Source of the DNA: Phallusia mammillata
Lineage: Eukaryota
Direction of reading: 5' to 3'
NCBI GenBank assembly: GCA_965637545.1
Contig: OZ281495.1
Span: 12,710,001-12,774,000 of the forward strand
Length of the DNA stretch: 64,000 nucleotides
Under the pieces are notes generated by a model. The model worked only from the letters and a program-made list of their open reading frames with translations, was not told the DNA's origin and made no database searches. This document shows, piece by piece, positions 30,001 through 42,000 of this stretch (its first letter is position 1; each line of letters opens with the position of its first letter). The position numbers and the translations under genes were made by a program.

Positions 30001-33000
30001 AACAATACAATACTGAGAAAAGAATGTTTGACCTGTTTCTACGGATTTTGACACTCCAATAGTGTAGCGGTGTCCCTACTACCATCAACCAAACACAACA
30101 AAACAACCAAATACTGAGGTCAACTGACATAACCGCTTGTTCCTGAACATTGCGCCAATAGCTGCACTGATAATGACTTGTGAGTGGCGCCAAGTCCCCG
30201 CTTGTCAACCATTGACTCGTTGACCTAAGGCGGTGCATTCTGACATAATACAACTTGGAAAATTGCCTGTTCGTTGGGAAACGATCTGCGAAATAATGTT
30301 GCATGTGCGATCACACTGCATTTCTGCAAAACGTGGGTTGTTTTGCAGACATTTGATGAAATAGATTACATGTATTGAGCAATGATTTATAACTGTTTCT
30401 TAACAGAACTTGATTTACAATATACGGAAACAAAAAAAACTTAAATCACTGATGATGGCATTAGCATCCGTAAAGTTTGAGAACAAAAACTCGCTTTTTA
30501 CGTTTATTGAGGTCACCATATTTCTCATGAGAAAATGTATGCTGCAGTAAGCTTGTTTATCAACATTTTAAATGATTACACAAGATTTTTCAAACAAGGA
30601 TAACAATTGGCAGTGTTGTGGTTAACATACATACAAATGGAAACTGATGACGCAACGCCATGGGTTAACGAGTTCGTTCCATTGGAGTTTTATTATCTGA
30701 AGCGCAACGTTAGATGCGTAAAAACGTTTTCAAACTCATCAAAAACTCATAGTCATGATTTACATTCCTTTTTGTGTATTTTTACGAATTTTTATTTAGT
30801 ATCTATAAAGTTATAAAGAGAGTAACGAAACGAGATAAACAGTTTCATTTCAGCTGCTTACGGTCCTGGTCACATTATCACATGTTAAAAACATGCATTT
30901 TTAAAACAACCTGTGGCTAAAAAGTACAAATTTCTAACCTATCCTCTGCTAAACTGATAAAAAATGGCTATAAAAAGTCATACATCCAAACGTAAATCCA
31001 TAACACGAACCAAACAGCAAACCGTAGCGTTACAAGCAAACGTTTCCGGTCGAAAGATGTCCAAATGGATAATGCGCTGCTCGTAACACAAACACAGCGA
31101 AAAATGCTGCCAATCATAGCGTCTCAATGTACTGGTTTCGTCGAGCGCTGACGTCACCCGAAACGGTCCCTTGTGACCTCGGAAGACGTTTCCCAACCGC
31201 TGTAGCGAGGCTTGCTGTCTTGACGCGCATGAACTACTTCAGTGTTTAGTGGTACATACAAAGCCAGGTGTACTGTGTAATGAAACCAACTCTTATTTAG
31301 CAGCATTACAAATGCATTTCATTTAGTACAACGTTCCAATGTTTACCAAGTTACATGAGTAGTTCGAAAGCTTCTTAAAACTGCCTTTCAATTACAATGC
31401 TTCCCCTTTTTACAGATTTTCTTCGATAGCCAATATACAGCAAGAAAGCCTAACAAGCGCTACTGATTATAACTGGCTATTTTTAACTTCGCTTTGGTAA
31501 GCAACAACAAATGACATACACACTCGTTTTAACTTGGTAACATAACCACCTTTACATTCTGGTAAATCGGAAACTTGTATCTGCAAACGTGCACACATTT
31601 TTACAAGAATCCGCTGTTTATATCTTGGCTGGGCCTAAAACCGCTCAGTCTAATACAGCACATCAGTCATTAGCATACAGGCCACAAGCTTTTTCCTATT
31701 GAACACATCGATAACCAGCTCGCTGCATCCTATTGCTTTGTTTCGCGCAGCGCAGCTAAAGGGCTACAACAAGGCAACACTACAAAACTGCCAATTTGCC
31801 CACATCCCTTGCATACCACAATATTATAATGTCTAACAGTCCATCAGAACTGATATTATAACATCGTATTTAGAGGTAAAATAGTATTCTTTGACTGAAT
31901 GTTAATTATAGTTTGAGAATGACTACTGTTGTATCACAAAACGATTCAAATTTTTCCAATATGTTATCATTACAAATCATTCATACACAATGCAAAACAG
32001 TACACGTAAATTTACCTCAAACCAAGTAAGTCAACGTAAATTGGTTTTAACAGTGTTAAAATTAAACTTAACTTGCTTAACTACTATGCCGAACTGTACT
32101 TACAAAGGCGAGTGTGTGTGGCTACGGTTTGCTTTCGTGTTGGCGAGCGTGTCGAGCAACAAAAGAGCTTCAAGGGTGGTCACGGGCTATCAAAAGTGAA
32201 TACTAAGCACTAAAGAGTTTTTGTGGCGGTCCGGAAACGACAACAAATTGACTTTAAGTACAGGGATGTACTGTTTCATATACGAGTACCAACTTTTGAG
32301 AGTAAATTTCTTTTAAAAGTAAAAATTAAGTCAACATCACTGTTTTTCAGTCTTTCTTAATTTTTGAACGTTAAAATTAGCATTTGTAGACTTAGTAAAA
32401 AGGTATGAAGACATTATACAGCTGAAAGTATTTTCCTCAAGTGGCCACTAAACTTTTCCTTAAAACTTTTATTTTACCCCAAACCTATCTTTTTAAAAAC
32501 ACGACTACAAGTGCGGCTTGTCACGCAATCTTTAACTGAAGTTTAAAAGATTCAATTTCTTTAATCCACATTTTAACAAAAGTACACTGTTGTGCAACTA
32601 CAAACGCCTCTCCCTAACCGAATAATCTCGCTGTCGCTGAGGAAATGATTTTCTGCCAGACAAAATCTCGTCACATATTGACCGAATCTATTAAATTAGC
32701 CTAACAAAAACGTAATTATAATTACAATTACAGAATACTGTTGACAGCATTTGCAGCCCGGAATTAACGGAGAAGCTACACACAAGGAATTACACAACCT
32801 TATACGGAAACACAGCAAAAGCGCCAGCAATTGTTTGCTGCGTGCGAGACGATTTACCAAGCAAGACCAGCGTTTAGCCACTTGATAAAGAAACTTAAGC
32901 TATTTTTAGTGGTAGTTTTTGACGGTAGGTTCAAGTCTTAACTTGGCTAACTGTTGAGTGGGATGAACCTATTATACCGATTCGCTAGCGAGTGAAGGGC

Positions 33001-36000
33001 GTGATAAAGAAGTTAATTAGCGGTTAAGGGGTTCAGATTTCCAAGAATAAAGCTGTTTATTCGAAATTGCTTTTGTTGACCACGGTAATAACAATAGCGA
33101 TCGATCCTTCAAACGTCGATAATAGTATACACACACAATAATTGGTTTTGTAGTTTTCATGTTAAGATAATTTGTGTTAATTAGTTGGCTGCATTGAAAT
33201 TTTCACAATCTACATTTTAGTCAAGTAAAACAGAGGTATAACCAAACGTAAAAAGGTCTCTTTACCAAACAACTTACGTAATGTACCCATCGATTATTTA
33301 TTAAATCACGCTCCTGAAAAACTTAATAGCCATTGGCAAGAGTACCAGAATAGCCCGGTAACCGATAAGTGAGAATATCACCATCAACGAAATCGCACAA
33401 CAGTATACGGAAGCATGACAAATGTAAAAATAAAACACTTTCGACACACAAGTAAGAGGGGCTATTTTTAAGTACTGCGCTTTGCTACTATTTCGCTTTT
33501 CTAAACAGTTTTAAGCAGACAAAATACTTAATCTTCTTTAACTGTGCGTTTGCTTACTTAAATTTTGTACGATCAACCACGGTCCGACATACATATGTTT
33601 TAAAGACACACCTTGATTCGTTGTTGGTGACACATGAAGCGAAAAACATTCCGAAGTCCGACAACACGAAGGTATACACACAAACGCCTGGTTTGTGAAA
33701 ACTTTTCATTAGTGCAACTAATCCATCGATAATCGCTTAAACAATGGCAACTCCAAATAAAGCAGAGTTGCATCAATTAAGGGGTTGCGGTACACATTTT
33801 TTTTTCTTCATTTCAGTTCATTGCCTCACCATGTATTGGTAATTGTCTATATAGTGCAATGAACCTATTTTATGGAACTATCCCTCAACCACCTAATTGT
33901 TAATTATTTCCGAACAGCAAACATACTTAAAAATGTGCTTAAGAAGCCATTTTGGGTTCATAATTGTGCAAATTATCCTCGAAACATCATGTGAAACTTT
34001 CAACTAGTGCGAACTAGTCACTGGATCAAATCGTTTGAATACAAATTTAGACAACTCTAATCAATCAAGCACGCCCCAGGCATACGGCAAAACCAAACTG
34101 ATGTAGATAACTGGACAAAAATCAATCGGAACTCTCTCGGTCAAACAATATTGCTTAGTGAAGACACAGATATACTCCACTGGCTGTATCTCACAATAGC
34201 GTGAAGCGGCTAGCAAGTTTTAGCAGCTGCGCACGACAAATGATTTCCTCGCTTGCGTTATGCTGGGCCTAGCCAGCGGAAAACAATACTTCGGGGATGG
34301 ACGAGCGACCTCAACACGGCGGGAACCGCAACTGCCCACAATAAATCAGCGATCCGGCCATTGTGAAGCGCTAATAAAGTATGGTCCAGTGGCTTGGAAG
34401 TGCACAGTACACTGGTAGCCTATGTTGTGTATTGATATGAGGAAGTATGCAACTATATAGTGGATGGGAATTGACTGCATAGGTACCTTAAACGCAGTTC
34501 AGTTGTTAAAACATTTTTATGCTTTCGAGGCATCGTGTTTTAACGAAAATGTAGACTACAAACAGGGAAAAAACTGTAGTCATTTAGTGGTGTTTGCACA
34601 ACCTGGCCTCGTGCAAAAGGAAACGACATAACCTATCGTGCCATGTGTTCGTTGTTTAACCAAGCGTCCCGCACCTTAATATAATATACACTATACATGA
34701 TTATCGAGGAAACGACAATGGGGCAACGCATGGCACTCTGAACGCACAACCAATGTTTGAAAATCACATCCAAAAATGTAAACACAAATCAAACTCTTTC
34801 ATGAATTGCCCAAAACCACAAGAGCAAAACTAACACTTAACCTGAATTTCTTTAAATTTGAAACCTCATTTTCTTTTATTCATTCTGTCAACAAACGTAC
34901 ATGATATATTCACCGCACCTTGAAACCGAAAAAAGTCTGCTATCCTAACCAGCCTATCACGTATCCCAGCTAAATCACATTACCAGCTAAATCAAGCACA
35001 CCTCAGGCAAACGAAAAAAAATACGCAACAACAACGTCATTAACCAAACACCAAAAAAACACCACAGCACTGAAATAGCGGTGTGCGTCAATCGTAGATG
35101 TAGCATATGTTCGCCTTGGGGGCTGCAATACAGTGATATTAGGCCTTCAAAGGTCCGACGACAACGCTGTGTAGTTTTTGTGCGTGCCTTGTCGTTTGTT
35201 TAGTTTACACTAGCTGTGAAAGGTGTGTCTGATCAAGGAATTACGTCCACTATAGTTCACGCACTTATCGTACATGTTTGAGGGTTTGATATTGCGTTTC
35301 TTACCAGTTATAGTTTAGATTTAAGCAGGGTTGGTAATTGGGCATGGAGTAAAATTTATGCCAATTTTTTTTCAGTTCAAACGTCCGCTGTCAACTATTT
35401 AATAACGTTTCTCGAAATGCTGTTTTAAAATAAATATATTTCAAGTCAAAATGCATGTTATGTATATGGTTACTTTATCCTTACCCAAAATAGAAATGTT
35501 TGCCCTAACCCGTTACACTATGACATCATGGAAAATGCGATTGTAAGGGGTATATTTTTACCGAAAAAAACGTGGAACATTCCTTTGAAATCATCTTAGG
35601 GCAGGGGTTCTTAACCAGGGGTGCGTGTACCCCTTGGGGGTACGAAGCATCAAAGCAGGGGGTACGACATGCAGTGTGAAATTATATGCTATTTAGGCAT
35701 GTTTGTGAACAATGCGTGTTAAGTTACTATGTTATAAATCTTTGACGTGTGCTGTAAATATTGTTCAACTTACAAGACTGTTTTAATACATGCATTCAAC
35801 ATGTAAGATATAAATACAGTGAGTTTAATTCCTATTATTACAATTTTATTTACTTCCGTCGACCATTGTAGAGAGGGGTACGAGATACTTTTATGAAAGC
35901 TCTGAGGGTACGAGCTCTAAAAAGGTTAAGAAACACTGTCTTAGGGCGACCAACGCAACGCCAATTACAGTATAGCCAAAATAGAGCATATTTACCGCTG

Positions 36001-39000
36001 TAAATAGTTTAATCGATAACCAATATAAGATCTTTGGAATATTGACAAATACTTTACCACAGGCACTGGACACCGTAACTTGTTGTCACACGATATCACT
36101 AACAAGTTTTACAAAAGATGTATTTATCAAGCTTATGTTTTGGTAGTTGCATGCAGAAGCTTTGTGAGATGTAAAGCTGATCAATTAAAAATTAAATTCC
36201 CGCCAAAAACAGGACCTAAAAATTTAGAGCTTTGAGTAAATTTAAGTGATGAATATGCGATACTTGATAGAAAAGGAAATTACCTTGATTAGGAAGTGCG
36301 CCAAATTAACTAAATATTGATAAAACTTACTTAAGCTATACAATAGTAGTTGAAAATGGTAAGGTTGTATATTTTCAATAACATTTCCATGACAAAACCT
36401 TGCCGTGTCTAAATTAACCTTGACCTTGTGCAATTTACGTAATAGTTCAGTAACTGTAGAATGCTCTCAAACAAAACGTTTACATAAATGCCTTCCAAAA
36501 GAGTCCAACACACAACAGAACAGGAAAAACGTAAACGCTTAAACATAGTATGGTGGACATAAAAAGACAAGCCACTATCGTTTAAATTCAATTCGACGAA
36601 GTATCCCGTTTGCCATTTATATATTAGCCAAATAAATCGCTACCATTGTGTTGAAACTAATGACCTACTGGTGTCACCACTTCCACAATTATATTCCTAC
36701 ATTGAACCGGTAAAATACTGGTAAACATAGGACACAACGCAAAATCGAATTTGCTGTTACGTCATTCATTGCATCCAAACGTGTGACGCATAAATCCCCG
36801 ACCTCTGGAGCTAATTTGACGTTTATTAGCAATTATTGTGCAGCTCAGCGCGGAAATTTCACAATTTGTGCATTTAACCTAACGGAAAAATGTCCTTACC
36901 TGTCACCGACTGCAGGAACACGTCAGCAAGAAGCGTTTGTCGATAAAATCGTCGCGGACAAAAACGATAAAAAGTGGTTGCCATCTAAAACAAATCTAGA
37001 CAAATATACTGCGGTTGAAAAGGCAAAAGTGAAAACCTTTTGTTAAGGCGGACAGCTCAACGCAACCTCAAAAACACGTATCCTTCAAAAAAGTTGCACA
37101 TTACACAACTTGGTACACCGCTTTAGCATGCAGTGCTTAACCATAAAATCCCTATAGCATTATCTTAACCCTAAAATGAACCACTGCATTGTGTGCCGTG
37201 TTTAAACTGTTACCAGCATCCATTATACTTAAACGCACAAATAATGTCAAGGCCAGCTTGAAGGGCAGGCTTGTGCCTTTTGTTTCCTGAGGAATAACTA
37301 CAGTCAGCAATGTCAAACACCCCAAGGTATAACAACCTTTCGCTACCCCTTCGTACGTGCAGGCTTGAGCTATAAGATGGACAACGCGCAAACCAAAACT
37401 AACAACAAAAAACAGACACTAAATGTATAGTGATTACTGAATATGTTTTATTTGCTAAACCACATTTTAAACGGAACTAGCTATCCGTTAATAACGCTTA
37501 TCCACATTTTAGAAAATGTCAACCAAAAAGGAACAATCCATCAGGGGGGCAATTTTCGCTTCACACATTGAAATACAAACAGTCTTCCTATGGTAAACAA
37601 CAACCTAATGTCTGACATATGTGCATATTGCTTAAGGCCAACATCAATTCTTATCAGACAAAAGACAAACAGGTTAGACGCGACAAGCCCTTCTGGTGAT
37701 CCGCATCATATTGTGTATTACCTCGTTATATGAGGAAAACGGCTGACACGGTTTGTTGACTTGTGTTCGTGTACAAGGTGTGCTGTCGGGGCGGGTGTTG
37801 AACATTACAGGCTACATTGTTTGTGGCGGGAGTGTACACTGAATTAAGATTACTTGCCAAGAATGAGAATGCAAATATAATGAAAGAGTATAAAGGACTT
37901 GAACAGGTTAACATGCCACATTACCGTATTGGACGACTGAAAAGTTAAAAATAAAGAAACCGATAATAAAACAACACGTTTAAACATGCAGTATTGAGGG
38001 GCATGCCTCCTGTAACAATAAAGTTATAATAAGTCTGTTTTATTAGAGCTTAATACGACACTGGTGTTTCTTTAATGAAAGTGTATATAAAAGGGGGTTA
38101 CTGCCAAACTTTAGCAGTGTCCTCATATCACTGATGGTGGCATCAGTGTTTGGCGCAATGCTTGAACAGTAAAGCATGCCGCTTTTTACGTCGGGCTGTT
38201 ATATTCCTCTATTACTATTACTTTTCAACACAAATGTTCTTTTCTCCTTTTCTTTAGTCAGGGGTATCCACTATCAAAACTTTAACACTAGTTCAAAAGT
38301 ACCCACGAAACTAACTTAACACGCGATCAGGGAACAAGGGAAGGGTGTGAATCATCAAATGCGGTTTTAAGATTCCAGTGGGATATCCCGAAGGTGCGTT
38401 CACGCGGCTGTAAAGATTGTTTACACGTCAATGTGTCGCAACAACACAATGTACCTTGAAATCCTGTGTGATTTTAAACTGGTTGAAAAGATACTAAACG
38501 TGTTGCGCATATACCACACGAAATTTCAAAGATGTTTTAGAAATGTGTGTAAAAATATTCTTGCAAAAAAAGACAACCCTGCCAATATCAAACAATATTA
38601 AAGTTAAATTTTGGTTGTCATCCACTGCCATGCATAACATATTCAACGCAACCCTTTTTAAACTAAAAGCATTTAAACCACGTGCATCAAGCGAAAATTC
38701 TGACCTGAAAAGTTAGTCACCATAGATCAAGGTAAATAGAAAGCCATCAGTCAGTCTTCCGTACCCACGCGCATGGGGTTATTTAAACCACAAACCATTG
38801 TTGCTAAAAATAGAAACTGCAGACAATAGGGGTCGACACTGGGTTGTATCAGATAACGAACAATGGTAGGTGGAATTTGCGTTTGTGGAGAACAAGCAGT
38901 CAGAAAAAGATCTTCGGCGTTGCTTTAGACACGTTTTTTTCAAAGAAAACTTATTCTTTGAAATACAAGATGCTCCTTTTTATGAGAATGTGAACCTTGA

Positions 39001-42000
39001 AGCCTGACTCAACATCATTGTAATCAGACCAACAGACAACAAACCTTTTTTTGTAGGAGCATGGAACTCCAAACCAGCGTTCAACCTTACGGTTTTAGAA
39101 GGTTGCTCATTATAAAGTTTAAAGAAATTGCGTAACAGTAAACATTACCGACTCGCAATAAGGTTAAGAGAAGATCATCAAGCAGCAAAAGAAAATATCA
39201 GATTTGGTTTCACAGTCAAAATAGTGAAATCAAGTGTCCCTTGCGACAAAAAGTTTGCTCATAAATAACAGAGCCAGCAACGAAGTGCATAGATCAACAT
39301 ATAAAAATATCCTTGAAAAAGTGAAAAGAAACACACGTACCGTCTTCCTCCTGAAGTGAGTGTCCATTTCCGTACCTCAATTCCGCCAAACTTTTAGCTT
39401 TTGCCTAAAAAGTATAATTTTGGTAAACAATTGGTGATAAAAATTCCTCTTACATATTTGATAGTGATTTACGGAACATTTAACTGATTTTAATAACGTC
39501 GGGATAGACTGAGGTTAGATAAATTATCCAAAAACCTTTAGTTCGACATATAATGTATATTAAATTTTCATTTGAAGATACATAATGTGCAGAATCCTTA
39601 CTTTTTTGTCAGGTCTCACTCCTCGAGCGCTGCTTCGCATTCGTTCCAGGAAGCTCAATTTGCGGGTGACCAACTTCTTGGCATGACCCAACTCGGGTTT
39701 GGGAGGTACTGGGGGAGGTAACGGGGCTGTGGTGGGGCGTTTGTCCCCAAAATTGCTGGGACTAACAATAGAACAGAACTTCGTCGTTAGAGTGTTATTT
39801 TAAAAGCTAGAATAGTGATTTTAAGTTTTTACGTTGCATGCTTGGATGGCTAAAGCCTCATGCCATTTTTTTAATTAAAAATAGATGAATTTATGAACGT
39901 GATGTAAAATGGTCTTACAATAACGGAAAAGATATAGTAGAGATCGTTGATTTAACATAGCACATACACCACAGTAACATCCACGTGACTTAAAACTGTG
40001 CACTAAACTCTAGGACCTGTCATGTCGTTCAACGCAACTTACCGTATTTAAAACCAAAAAAAAAAATCAAATTAACAGAACACAGACTGAAAACTTTGAC
40101 AAGTCTGAAGTCGTCCACCGTTTTATTAGACATATATATTTCACCTAAGTAATACTTGCATACGATTTTTAGCGCTGTTTTGTTTTTAGATACTGACGAT
40201 GCCTATTACTTAGGTGAAATATATATGTCTAATAAAACGGTGGACGACTTCAGACTTGTCAAAGTTTTCAGTCTGTTATTACATGCGACTGTTGTCTCCA
40301 TCTGTCGTACTGAGTCTCTGGTGACTCGTGATTTATAATATACTACACACAGTTTATAACAGAACACAACAAGGAAACTAAAAAATCATGCAAAAAGTAA
40401 AACAGCAATCATGCGTGCAAAATTGCTTAGCCATGCGTGACGGTCAAGGATGCGCACGTGACTCACTCTGCGAGAAACTCGGTGAGTGAGAGCTGTGCGG
40501 ATGACGTATTCGCCTCACTGCTGCCGTCTGGCGGATCACCACTTGTTAAGCTAAAGCGGCAAAACATGCATGGAATTGAATAATCAGTGCGTTAATTGAA
40601 CTACCCGAAATGTTAGACTCAATCAAAAGAAATGATGCGTATGACAGCATGACGTGTATATGATTGAATGAATCAAAACGTCATAAGATATAAAGACTGC
40701 TGATGAAAATGACTGAACTTTTGTTATTAGAATTAACTAGGCATGGTTTTATAAGATGTATTTAACATTGAGTTGATCACGTGACATATCAGGAGCCTCT
40801 TGGTTACGTAACCACCACTAGAAATTACATTTGGTAGGCTAACCTAGACCAAATCGAATTTTGGCTGTTCGTTTTTTGTCGATGTGGTTTAGTGTCAATC
40901 ATTTTGGCTCACAACATATTTGGAATTGGTTGGATTTGTAGCTAATAATTGATTACACGAAATAAAAACACGAATTTTTTACAAAATCTTTTGAATTAAT
41001 TTTAATCAATTCAAGAGCAGGGATTCATCAACTGTCAGTTAGTTAAATAGTGTATGATTTATTGGTGAAATAATGATGGATAATAATTTTAAGAACGAAA
41101 TTTGTGAGCAAAACATCGATGTTCGTTTTGTGTTGCATGGTGCACGTTGACGTCAATGCAGTTGGAAATTTGATTGATCACATGCTGGTGATGTTAATGT
41201 GCAAAGGTTGCGGTCGGCGCCATAATTGTAACACCAATTTCAAAAATTTAGGTAGCCGACCACAAACTTGACGTTTTATGTGCTAGTTAAATCAATGTTA
41301 ATCACATCGGGCCAACAACGCCCGAATCCCCGCGGATGACTACAAATTTCGCCGGGGTTAATTAATTTAAAATCTAAAGGGGTGTGAGCTTACAAGGGCT
41401 GGCTGTTGATTCGACGCTGCAGTGCCAGCAACGACTCTCGGTGATCGCTGTGTGAAAAAGAATTACTGCAAATGCCGGTTCAGTTTTTTTTTCAATACTT
41501 CTGTTTTGAATAATTTGCAAACCTTTCTTTAAGGGAATATTAGCATGGGCATAAATAGAAGCTTGATTTAAACCAAACTTGCCAGTGAGCTTGTTTATAA
41601 TGTCAAATGAGTACGAACCAGGCTTTATACCAAAGCTTGTTATTACGTATGTACTAAAATGTATGCACTACAAACAAGCGTTGTGCAAAGTTTGTAATCA
41701 ATATTGGGTTTAATAGTTAAAGGTCGTAACGTTGAGAAAATCAACTAACGTAAGAACTAACATCAGACAAAGTTTACTAAACACCGATAGGTGGCGCAAA
41801 GAGCTCTGGGAAATATTTAAAAGGGAAGTCCTGTAAAATGCTAACGATAAGGGAGATTAGGGTCAGGGTTAGGTTTTTCTAGTATAGCATTAAAAATTAT
41901 GAACACTCGTATCCCTGTTTAATTGCTAGTTTATATAACAGTGCTCTTTACGCCACCTGTCGACTTATTGCAAACTTTGTCGAATGTGAGCTCTTATGTT

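Noticed and set aside
37722-37805. ATG exon MFNTRPDSTPC...SSYNE with donor GAG|GTAATA
   Set aside because: Phase 0 does not match the next shared exon (18910, phase 1); usable only if that exon is skipped
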